Assembly (NCBI GenBank): GCA_009602725.1
Contig: WELB01000032.1
Coordinates: 509,719 to 549,270 of the forward strand
Source: Spirogloea muscicola
Lineage: Eukaryota
Direction of reading: 5' to 3'
DNA length: 39,552 bases
Part shown: piece by piece, positions 12,620 to 23,906 of the stretch
How the letters are laid out: the number at the start of each line of letters is the position of its first letter
Numbering within the stretch: position 1 is the first letter of the stretch
Position numbers and translations under genes: made by a program
The notes under the pieces: generated by a model
What the model saw: the letters and a program-made list of their open reading frames with translations, nothing else
Databases searched by the model: none
What the model was told of the DNA's origin: nothing

Positions 12620-12774
12620 AAAAGCTAGGGACCGCTGCAAAGAGACGGCCAGGCGCATCCGGAAAACTTGGGCGAGGGACCCGGCGACATGGAAGCCAGT
12701 CTGCTCGCCCTGCTGCCCGTGGCGGCGGGCAATTCATTAACGTCAAAGTTGGTTCACGTTGGTCTGGTATGCTA

Positions 12775-12850
12775 CAAACAGCGCTGCCAAATCGACTGAT
12801 GGCTATGAGAGGCCAGCCCAAAGGAACGGACAAGGTCTGAAAGCTCCGGA
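12775..12850 (-). mobile_element. Older, diverged family A tail remnant
   Basis: Minus strand ttcagaccttgtccgttcctttgggctggcctctcatagccatcagtcgatttggcagcg is a mismatched copy of the family A tail. Confidence 0.75.
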
Positions 12851-13234
12851 TATGGAAAACAGGCATGATATTGTGGAATAGACGTCGCGGTGCTCTGGTG
12901 GAAGCTCACAAGAGAGCACCACAAAGCTCGCATGCGCACGGCGCGCCGTCCTCTTCGCAGCCAAGCAACCACGGGTGTGGTGTTGCAGCAGCAAGTTGCT
13001 TGGTGGCTAGAAAGAACAGCGCTTAGAGGTGTTGGCTTGAAGCCCATCCTTAAACCCTGGCTTGGGGCGCTTCCTTAAAGCCTCCTCTGAGCCAGCCGTC
13101 CCCCCAGGACGGCGCCCCCCCCGCCGCCCCATCCCTCCGTCAGCCGTGCGCCGTGGCCCGCCTCGCCGCCGCCGCGCACGCCGCCGCCGGCGCCCTCCGC
13201 CGNCTCCGGGGGGCTTTGGGTTTTGCGCCGCACC

Positions 13235-16200
13235 ATGGCAGCGGAGCCCTCGGCCGTGGCGGCGCCGCCGGCGCCGGAGGGCTTCACGGTCCTCGCTGAG
13301 GGCCGCGCACGCATCCTGCAGCACGGAAACGACGTGTTCTACAACAAGGCACAGGTGCGTGTGCAGCGAGAGAGCGCTCCGCCGCGCGTCTCGGCGCCAT
13401 GGCCGAGCTTGTAGCCAGTAGTGCAGGGGCCAGATGGCTGTGACGGACTGACATGGCAGTGGAAGCCGAGGCACAGCTCATGGTTTGCGACGTCACGTAG
13501 CTATCGTGGAGCTTGAGCGAAAGACACATTCAATGGCTGCCCTGACGCGGAGGCAGTGCCGGCTCGCCGGTTGCGCCTGCCTTGCTCAGATAGTGAACCG
13601 GGACATCTCTGTGGCGGTGCTGCGGGCGTTCGAGGCCCAGCGGCGGCGCGAGGTCGTCGCGGAGCGGGAGCGCAAGCGGTTCGCCCGCCTGGCGCAGGCC
13701 GCCGCGGCCAGCAGCGCTGCGCCCAAGGCGGCCGACGACGAGGCCCTGCCCGGCGAATATGCCGGAGGGGCTCCTGCAGACGCCTGTGCTGAGGCCCCTC
13801 GAAGCGAGACCGGCGCCACGGCCGGCACCTCTGACAGCGAGACCAGGGACGGCGGCGTCGCACCGCTGCGCGTCCTCGAGGTGGGTTGGCTGTGGCTTCT
13901 CTGAGCTGGAGTCCATTGGGTCCCTATGACAGATTGCACCATGCGCTGCTTTCGACGTGTTTGGGCTTTGCAGTAACACGGCTTCTCCTCATCATAACAT
14001 GTGCTGGAGGAGTCCTGCGTGCGCAGGCTTTGGCTGCTTCCGGCCTTCGGGCCATCCGTTATGCGCTTGAGGTACAGGGCATTGGCTTCATACTGGCCCT
14101 CGACAATGACAGAGGTGAGCTTGAGCTCTGCATCCGAGTCGGTCTTAGCTTCAGGCAGGAGGGAGGGAGGGAGGAAGAGTGCAGTCTGCACTGCACTTCT
14201 CTGCCAAGATAGACACCAGATGAACAAGCAAAGCCGGGCTTGCGATTCTCTTTGACCCATGTTCTGCTTGGTCCCTCTCTAGTCTCCGCATGGACGTATG
14301 GTGGACTGCGCATGAGTGCATGATGCAATCTGTCTGAGGTCTCTATGTGTGAGGTCTCTATGTGCAATGGTGCTGCCACTCCAGTGGCTGTCCAGGCGTG
14401 CAAGCGCAACATTGCGTACAATGGCAACCAAGCGGCTGCTGTTTCTGTGGAGGAGGCGGACTCGCGGGTTTACATGTTGACCCACGAGAAGGCGTTTGAT
14501 GTGGTAGACCACCCAGCATGCCACTTAGACAGCCAATGTTGCCAGCAATTGTTGCCACCTTCATCCCTCGGGCAAAGAAAGTTCCAGACTAGTCTGAAAA
14601 TGGCCGTTCCAGCAAGGCCTCTGCTTCTGAACGTGGTACAGCCCTGTTCGGTTACCTTGGTGCCTGCCAGGTCGACCTGGACCCCTATGGCTCCCCGTCC
14701 ATCTTCCTGGACTCTGCAGTGCAGAGCGTTGCCGATGGTGGGCTCCTGATGTGCACTGCGACTGATATGGCCGTCCTGTGCGGCAACAATGGCGAAGTGT
14801 GCCACTCCAAGTGAAGATTCACTTTCACCTACCCATTTACACCAACAGGAATGATACGGTTGCACTGTTGCCCTGTTGCCTTGGCATCCGTCCTGCCTAA
14901 CATGAGCACCTGAAGATTTTGTTGTTCTTATAGCTATACAGTGCTCGCGCTGCCTTAGGTATGGGTCGTTTCCGCTGAAAGGCAAGTACTGCCACGAGAT
15001 GGCGCTGCGCATCCTGCTGGCTTCCATAGAGGTAATTTGTCCTTTAGTACTGGACTTAAAAGAATCTGAATGCTGCTCAAACTTGCACAGAATCATACAG
15101 GGGCTGTTCAGGATGGCAAGCTCTGAGAAACTACAAATAGTAGCGCAGATGAGGTGGATGTGCTCTGCCGTATTCATCCTGCTTCTGCCGGCTGTGCACT
15201 TCAGAGCCACGCAAACAGATACAAGCGCCACATCGTTCCAGTACTCTCGCTTTCGGTGGACTTTTATGTGCGCGTCTTTGTCCGCATATACACGTGGGTC
15301 TCAACAATCTACGATGCTATCTTGTGATCTCTTAAAAGGTTGGCAACCTGCTTCTGCAAGGACTGTCTGAGACTGGTTCTTGAAGCATCAACTTAAGCTG
15401 TGCTCTCAGGTAGTGCCTTGGTTGCTTGACTGCTGTCCTGCTTCCAGGTCAGCGGCGACCGTGAAGGCTACCCCAAGCAAGCTTGCTTATATCTATCAGT
15501 GTGTTGGATGTGAATCATATCATCTGCAGCCAGTCGGAAGGGTACTTCAAAAGGTAGGCGGAAGGACACAAAGGCAAGGGTCTCGTCTCGTTGTGCTCCA
15601 GTTCTTCCGTTGAGCCATTTCAACATTTCATTGAGTGTTGGTCGATTTTATGCATTGGCAATCCTGGAGTTTGTTCCAGGATCGAGGTCTTTTATGTCAC
15701 GATGTGAGCAAGAAGCCAGGAGGTAAGAGGTAGGCCAATCACTCACCTGCCTCCCAATGTCCTCGCAACAGCATAACCAGGTGCGGTATACGCCGGGAGT
15801 GGGACCACCCATTGGGCAAGCATGCGAGCACTGTGGGAAGCATTTCTACATGGGAGGGCCGGTGTGGTCAGACCCAATCCATGACGCTTCCTGGCAGCAG
15901 CAGATTATGGACGGCATCAAGGCCGCTCCTGGCGAGTACCCTGCTTATGACAAGATCCACGCAATTCTGACGGCTGTGTCGGAGGTTAGTGGACTGCATT
16001 GCGGCTTTCTGCATATGGCACAAGAAAAGTCTGTAATCAATTTACTCCGTGAGGGTGCAATTTGTGCTAATTGCATGAGGGAGTGATCACGTGCAGGAGC
16101 TCCTTGATGTACCTTTGTACATCAGCTTGCATGCCTTGAGCAGCACGCTCAAGTGCACGCCTCCCTCTGCTGCAATTTTCCGGTCTGCCGTCGCCAATGC

Positions 16201-17112
16201 TGGCTACCGTATTTCCAGCTCTCACGCCAATCCCCTTGGTCTGAAGACAGATGCTCCAATGAGCATCATATGGGACATCATGCGCTGCTGGGTACAGGCC
16301 TTCGCCCTTGCTTGCTGGTGACTGGTACCTTGAACATGTATGTATGTACGCCCATACAAATGTACATCTGGATGCAAGCTCGTTCACAGATGAGGCCCCA
16401 GGAAGTAGCTACTTGTCCATCAGAGTAAGAGCCTAATGCTTGTGCTGACGCTTGTGCTTGAGTACCTTTCGCTTTTGCTTAATCTTCGTCTTTTCATATT
16501 TTCACATCTTCTGCTGTTTTGCAGGTGAAGAGTCATCCCGTGAAGAAACAGCCCGAAGAAACAGCAGGGAGCATCATTCTTAAGAAGGAACCGGAGACCA
16601 TGGTATGAGTCACGTAACACTGGCCCTTGAGTTACCCTACCATTGGTTATCTGAATCAAGATTTGCGTTGGGTCAAGTGGTTCAGGAAGTAGCTAGATCA
16701 TGGTCTTCGATGTAAGACTGCAGGTGCCCCAGCATTTCAGTGAAGCTAATGGCAGGCTTCCTGCTATCAACAGGCCAACTTTGTGCGCGTCAACGCAGCT
16801 CTGAGCAAGGCCCAGCTGAGCGGTGTCTCGCGGTTTTTGCCAAATCCTGAGCAGTACTGGGGGCCAAAGCCCAGAGCTGGCCGTGCTGTGACAGCAAGGC
16901 ATTTGGCTTCCACGGGCCTGCCTGCTACATTAACAAATGGTATGAAGCGGCTTGATCACAAGGAGGATGCAGGAAGCTCCTCCAAGCGATTAAAAGAAGA
17001 TGGAACCGCTGACACCGAAGGTGACAGTTCTGTGGCGCCTGAAGATGGTTGCCAAGAAGGTCTCCACGTCAGCGTAAGAGATTGCAATGGGTCAATACAT
17101 GATCCAAGTTAA
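13235..17112 (+). CDS. TRM1: tRNA (guanine-26-N2)-dimethyltransferase, multi-exon
   Basis: Motifs in order: [157 protein letters not shown]. Stop TAA ends at 17112. Confidence 0.96.
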
Positions 17113-18163
17113 ACGGACATGGCTGGTGATATTATCACCTGAAGGCTGCACCGGATATGGAGTCGCTGAGTTCGTCAAAGATTGGCTCACTCAGCTAGAC
17201 TTGATAGTTGCACTGCTGGTGCGTCACTTCTTAGAGTGTGACAATAGAGCTCGGTAGTGCGACATTCTGTGGAATTAGCGTCGTGTGCTACTGCTTAAAG
17301 AGGTCGGGATCTCTTGCGTTGCAGTGCTTCTGGCCCTCCTGCGACTCCTAAACCAGTGCAGACGTTTGAACAGTTGCAGGATATAGCTTCGGGTGCGACT
17401 CTATTGACGATTCAGTGGAGCTTATGTGAAGTTGGAGGAAGCGGTGCAGCTTGCTGCTAAAAATCGATAACCCAGTCGTCTAGGCATGCTTGTTGACGCT
17501 AAGCGGCTCAGAGAGCATGGTTGCTGGGGTCGCGACCTCCCTGGGCTGGATGAAGAGACTGGTGTTCCTGGGCCGGGCAGTTGATTTGCCTCCTTGGTGT
17601 TGCGATACTGAGCAAGGTCGAGGAGGCTGCGCGGCAGCCCTGGCAGCGCCGTTGCTGTCTCAGCAATCTTGAATGCCGCCGCTGCTGCCGCCACCTCCGC
17701 TAGCTCCGCTTCCGCAGCCACATCAGTCAGCGCTCGCTGGTTGCGGCGGTGCGTAAGGGGGCCATGGTAATCTGGGGACTTCGACACACTGGCCTGCTTC
17801 CCAAGACCAATCCATCCGCCACAGTAATATCAGGCACATTATGCAGCAGATGTTGAACGATGGTCGTGAAAGCGAATGCGAGCAAGTGTTCTGGGGCGCA
17901 GTCCTCGTGGCCAGAAGAGCGTGCATTGAGTGACGGAGGCCCAGAGCAGCTAGTCACAAAGCCAAGCATATCAACCGGTGTGAATCACGTTCTTCGTAGC
18001 CGCCGCTCAGCAACCAAGGGTGAGCACGTAGAGGTCACGATGCAATGCCGGAAGTGCGGACGGCAAGATCCAAGCCCCGCTGCCATCGATGGTTGACGTC
18101 CAGCTTCCTGGTGGTAAAAGGCCACAAGCTCTCTGGCGCAATGCAAAGCTTGAGCCAGAAGAA

Positions 18164-18646
18164 GAGAGAAGGCGCGCGGCGTGCATGAATTGGGTGGCTG
18201 GGTCAAGCCAATATATTGTCCAGGCAAAAGCTAGAGCAAAGTTGGGCTACATGATTCGAAGCCCTATCCTAAGGTGGCTAAGGTAACAGTGTCACATTAG
18301 TATCCAGGGGTGAGCACACACGATCTCGACAGGCTAACTTGGGGAGCCGGAGCACCGCCACGAGAGAAGGCGCGCGGTGCGCATGACATAGAAAGTAAGG
18401 CCAATTCTAGCCATACAAATGTCCTGTTAAGGGTAATGAGCTAGCTAAGGGGGACACTAAGAAAGCCACGAAAGCCTGTGGCTTGACTTAAAGCCCGCCC
18501 GCCCAGCACGCTGATGAATAGCCAGAGCTTGCAGACGATTCAATACACGGAGTAGGCGCGCGGTTTGCATGAAATGAAAGGGTGGTTAATCTGTGGCAAT
18601 CGAAAATATAGCCAATATACTGTTCAGGCAAAAGCGAGTGCAGAGC
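18164..18646 (+). repeat. Three degenerate ~195-bp direct repeat units upstream of monooxygenase 1, containing CCAAT motifs
   Basis: gag(ag)aaggcgcgcgg..tgcatga recurs at 18164, 18362 and ~18550. agccaatata.tgt.caggcaaaag recurs at 18206 and 18610. Confidence 0.65.
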
Positions 18647-18868
18647 CAGAGCTCGCGGCGGACAATGCTGACTAGCGACGACTCAAGAACAACGCCAATG
18701 CTGCCCCCGTGGAGCCCTGCCCGCCGCTTGCGCCCGGTGGCGGGGGCCCGTCGGTCGGTGGGGCCCCCGGTCGTTTAGCCGCTTCGCATCACCATCAGTC
18801 GAACGACGACCCCAACGCCCCGCCCGAGCAGGCCGGACTGCCCGTCCGCCTCCACCGCCGCGGCAGCC

Positions 18869-21800
18869 ATGGCGCCCGCGGCGCGGCAGCCCGTGCGCGT
18901 CGTGGTCGTCGGCGCGGGCCCGTCAGGCCTGCTCTTCGCGCACTACCTCCTGCGCCACGGCGCCGGCCGCTTCCAGCTCCAGCTCTTCGAGAAGGGCCCC
19001 GATTTGACGTCGCCCGCCCCCGAGCGGCCCGGCTATGACAAGAGGTGCGGATGCTGCGCTATCGGCTTCACGGACCCCGTCGCAGCAGGAGTCTGCTGCG
19101 ATTGAGAAGGCTGCTGCGGGCTGGCCGACGGCCTGCGCACACTGTGGTGTGCACGACTTGCCATCTATCCATTGGACAGCTGAATTTCAACGACGCAGCA
19201 CCTAACAGGTACTCCATGGGCATCAACTTGCGAGGCCAGCTCTGCTTGAAGACAATTCCGGGTGTTTTTGAGAAGGTAAGGATTCGCGCCTTTCTGATAA
19301 GCTATCTGCGGTTGGATTGCTTGAAGCTGGCAGATGGCCATAGTTGACCAAGGCACATAACGGCTTGCAACAGGCATTCTAGTGCGTGATCGGTGCGTGC
19401 AGGCGCTTGTCTTGATCCCAATTGAGGTGGACGTCAGCAGGTGAAGGAGAATGCCGTATTGGCAGAGCATGGAGCCGCCATCTTCATCGGGGGCAAGCCA
19501 GTGACCATCACGCCCGATGTGAGAAAGGTACATAATCATTGCCTCGTCACCATACTGTCAGGGTGCACTGCAGCCCTCTTTCGGCTGGAGTTCTCCTCCT
19601 CGGCGGACAGTACAAGCGGAGCTGTCTGGAGCTCAAAGGCATCTTGTGCATCTGAAAGTCCACAGCCACCATACTGTTGTAATCTCTTTCCTTCTCACGG
19701 TCTGCTTGAGAGAGTCAGGCACTAATGCACCTGTCGCAAGGATGAATACATGTTTCTGAGTACGGCACCAATTCTTGGTGCCAGACCACACCTTCCCTTA
19801 TGGTGGACAGGGATACTCTTTGCAAGGCCCTCCTTGAAGAACTTCTCGCCAGATATACGGATTCTGAGTTGTTCACTATTCGGTACGAGTCAACCTGCAC
19901 GAGTATCGACTTGGCAGAACAAACCATCTCTTTCTCAGCAACAGGCGCTCAGGCGGAGGGGGCAAGCATGGAAGCGAAAGATGGAGCTGTGCGTGATAGC
20001 AGTTGCACTACACCTTCTGCTTCTGGAGAGGTTATTCATTATGATTTACTGGTGAGACCAGCCTTTCAGTAAACAAGTCTATCAAGTGACAGAGAGACAC
20101 AGAGAGATACTTTGCAGCTACATGATTGGATTTGTTAGCTGCTCCAAAGTAGTCGCTCCTGAGTTCAAAACCTGCAGAAATGTACACGTGGTAGGTTGCA
20201 TAATGTGTCTACGCTTGTGCAATTGTATGACGTGACCTTGTTCTGGACTCCGTCTTCCCTCCCTCCTGTATCCAGGTTGGAGCTGATGGTGTTCGCTCAG
20301 CAGTGAGGCTTGCATTTATCCAGCAGAGTCGGAACTTTGCAGTAGAGATGCGAGACATTTTCAATGATTGGAGTGTTGTCAGAATACCTGCTCCATCAGG
20401 CTTTCCATTGGGCACCTTGCATGTCTTTCCGAAGGTATGGTTTTCTCCCTTCTGCTGCCATTTGAGCCTGGTGTTCATTCGCAAGATGGCTGAGAATGAC
20501 AAAGGCTTCTTCTTTGCAGTGCTGGTCAGTGTTCCCGCTCGGTATGCATTTGCTTAGTTTGCTTGCTCATGGTCAGACTTTGTGGGACAATGTTTCATCC
20601 ACAAATGCTCAGTGCTCATCTGCAATGTATTTAGGTACCACGGGCAGCAAATTCAGGCGCCATGGGTCTGCCCTTACCAACTGGCGATATGTGCTTCCTC
20701 ATTGGATGGGCCTCCAATGATCCCCCCATGAACCTGCTGACATTGAAGTCACCAGAAGAGGCCAAAGAGTGGTTCGATGAGAGAATTCCTTACCTGAAAA
20801 TCGGGAAACAGGCAGCTTGGAGCGTTGTCACACAAACCAAGAAGACCACAATGCAGGTCCTTTCAGTTTCACCTTTATACCATGTATACAGTTCTGCCCT
20901 GTCAATGCACCTTTCATGCCAGGAGTATCTGGTGAGCAAGTCAATACAGATTTTCTGCAGGTCAAATGTGGTCGCTACCATGCCACACCTGGGCAGGCAG
21001 TGCTTATTGGCGATGCTGCCCACGCAACGTCCCCGGCCATAGGCCAGGGCTGCAATTCGTCCCTCGTGGATGCTGTGGTCTTAGCGAGGATGCTGACTGG
21101 GAAGGATGTGGATGAAACCAACCGAGTACCCCAAGCAGAAGATCCAACTCCAGCAGCTTGGGAGCCGCCTGACATACTGGCTGCCCTGCCTAAGATTTTG
21201 GAACGCTACTCTGCTCTTCAGGTCAGCTTTAGTTGTTTGAACAAGAAAGAGATAGCAGTCACGACCAGGGCGGTTTCTAGCAGATCATATAGCGCAAGTT
21301 GTATCATTACCAGTCCTGCCAAGCACAAACATACGCTATTCTAATGCGTATGTCTCTGCTGTGATTTAGGTGAAAGAAGGTCACGCCGTAGTTGACATGT
21401 CATGGAGCGGTGCAGCCTTGGACAAAAGTTTGCAGGTAATGCAGAGTCCAGTGTGTCTTCATTGTGAGGTCGCACAGGATGATGCAGCTGCAAGCTGCTT
21501 GCCAATGATTCCGAAGCATGGATCCTAGCCACTTGTTTCATAGGGTGTTGTCAGCAGTCAGAACATCTCGATACACAAGACGCGCACATGAAGGGGGACC
21601 ACCAGGTGTAGAGGTATCTCAGGTATATCATGCTGGAAGCCAAGGAAGATCATCAAGCTGGAGTGCCGCAGGAGCTGACAATGTTTGCTTGCCAAAGCAG
21701 ATGCAGCAACAGTTGATGTCGGCGGCGCGGAGCATACTCTACAAATACCTGCCATGGGCATTAACGCGCCCGCTCTTTGACCTTTGCGGCTCAACCTTGA

Positions 21801-21967
21801 CGCCATACAGCAAGATCTACGAGATGTACAAAAGCGAGGTAGACAAGATTGGCGCTTCCAACGATCGTATCAGAGAGAAGTTCCTGGCGGAGCAGTTCGA
21901 GGCATGCTTGATACAGCCAAACTTCAAGCCTGAGCAGGAATCACAAAGTGCGCCTCTTGTTAGTTGA
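18869..21967 (+). CDS. FAD-dependent monooxygenase (kynurenine 3-monooxygenase-like, FAD_binding_3), paralog 1, multi-exon
   Basis: Rossmann motif VVVVGAGPSGLLFAHYL; RYSMGINLRGQLCL; DRDTLCKALL; YDLL/VGADGVRSAVR (DG motif); AVLIGDAAHATSPAIGQGCNSSLVDA (GD motif). GT-AG introns. Stop ends at 21967. Confidence 0.9.
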
Positions 21968-22955
21968 CAATTAGGATGGGGTGGGGCATCTTCAAGATAA
22001 GTTTAGAGGAGCAAAACTACCTGCTGCACTTAGATTGCATCACCATGTCTGCACAAGCTGACACTGATAAATTCCGCCTGCCTCCGGCGACTGTGGTTAT
22101 ATTTATGACATTGTTCCCACTTCTGTATCTGCTTATAATTGCATTACTGATACACAATAGGCTGTTGCTCTGTGAATGTTGCTGGGATCAAGGTTTTCGC
22201 AAGATGCTGGGTTGCAGACAGCTTGCTTGACACTCTTCACGTCCTTCGAGAAAAAAGATGCAGTTGTGACAAACAGTAACAGTTGCAGGTGCCGATGGTC
22301 AAAATGTCCTCGCATTACTTTCAGCTAACAAGCTAGGGAGAGAGCGAGGTCTGCACAGGTTTGCCGGTGTGGCTGCTCTGTGCAGGCGACAGAAGTGCAG
22401 CAAGTAGGCAGGAATGTGGGAATGGAACGCTTTGTGAAGAGGCGACCATAGCCTGATCACATCCAGAGGCACACTTGCTCCAGCATATATTACTGCTGAC
22501 CTCATGACCTTGATTGCCTGCATACAAGTAGGTCACTCATACCAACAAAGCATGGGTATTGGAAGGCTTCAACTATTTCAAGCACTTAGCAAGAGCTTGG
22601 TTGCGGGGTGGATAGCATGGCTGACTCGTCTGTGAGGACAGCGAGTTAGCCTTTGGATGTCTTTATTAATCGGGTCCTCCATCCCGTCCAAGGCACATAT
22701 TAGACATTCTGTCACTAAGTACCCAGCGTCAAGAAATGGATAAATTATCTAAGCTCATTTGGAGAGCACAGATGCGCTGTTGGAACAAGCATTGCACGGC
22801 GGGACGGCGGCGTTAAATTTGGCGGGACGGAGACGTGGGCCCAGGGAGCGCGCGTGCCCCGACCGCGCTCTTTGCGCCAAGCTCGACCCGGCCGTCTTCG
22901 AGTGCGGGGGTTCGGAGGGAAACCCGGCGGCTCAGGGCGCGCCCAGCACGCTGGT

Positions 22956-23225
22956 GAAGAAGTGGCTCTCCCAATGGGGGCAAGGGCTGTGAGAAGCCAG
23001 CCCGAAAAGAATTGACAAGGTTCGAAGGGGCCAAACTACGAGCTAAGCAGCGACTGCGGGGCCTGAAGAGGCTATGGCAGAACGGGGGAGGATGGACCAC
23101 TTAGTAGTTACGAGTGAGGAGCCTCACATCCGACAGACTAGCTGCCGGTAAACTATCCCCCTGACGAAAGCCGGAGGCCGCAGCGAGAGCACGGCCAGCA
23201 CGCAGATGCAAGGCGTGGGCACTGG
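22956..23225 (-). mobile_element. 5'-truncated RLE retroelement fragment (family C)
   Basis: Encodes AHALHLRAGRALAAASGFRQGDSLPAASLSDVRLLTRNY*, then a 3' UTR with ccttgtcaattcttttcgggctggcttctcacagccc...cttcttc. Confidence 0.85.
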
Positions 23226-23906
23226 CCGCCATCAGCAGCAACTGGACTCGCACAGCCATTGCTGTCAATTTGGAAGAGTTGTTTCTTCTGCTGCCAGCTT
23301 GAGAAGAGAAGTCGCGGTGGGCATGGTTCAAAGGGTGGCCTTTCAAGCACTACACTACAAACCACTGCAAAGCACATAGACCATCACTTTCAAGCCAATC
23401 CATTGTTCAGGCAAAGAGTAGTGCAAAATATGGAAGGAGCGAGCAATGCGGGGCGGGTTGACCGCGCGTGCGGGACACGCTGGCCGCAGAGGAAGCGAGC
23501 GCCGACCAGCGGGGCTTCCGTGGCGGGAGCTGGGGACGCCAGCGGGCCAGCAGGTTGGCTGCGCAGAGACGGCCAGGCGGCGGCAACTGGTCCGACCACC
23601 TTTGGGGGCGACGGGAGGACGGCCGTGGACTCGATAAGAAGAGAAGCCCGTCACTCCCCACCAGACGCTCTTTGACCACAAATTCACGACAGCTCGCCAA
23701 TCCCCCCCCCCCCTCGTCACTCAGCCGCCTGCAGCTGCGGGACCCAGATTGCCACTCCTCCCAGCCGCGCCGCCGCCGCCGCCGTCGCCGCCGCCGCCGC
23801 CGCCGTCGCCGCCGGCAAGCCATTACCATTGCCCGCCGGCGTTCTGCGCGCTCCGCTGCCTCGCGCGCGGCCGGGAGCTGGGTCATAGCCGCCGCCGCTG
23901 CCAGCG

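Larger units (their letters stand above)
11668..12729 (-). mobile_element. 5'-truncated RLE non-LTR retrotransposon (family A), host of a nest of insertions
   Basis: Removing the inserts restores a sequence collinear with 28675-29006 (ARRHGQQGEQ..SLAQVFRMRLAVSLQRSLAFAVHLRAGRALAAASGFRQGDVFPPASYSDLHLLTRGY* plus 3' UTR). Flanked by a 9-bp TSD caattcatt (11659-11667 and 12730-12738). Confidence 0.9.
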
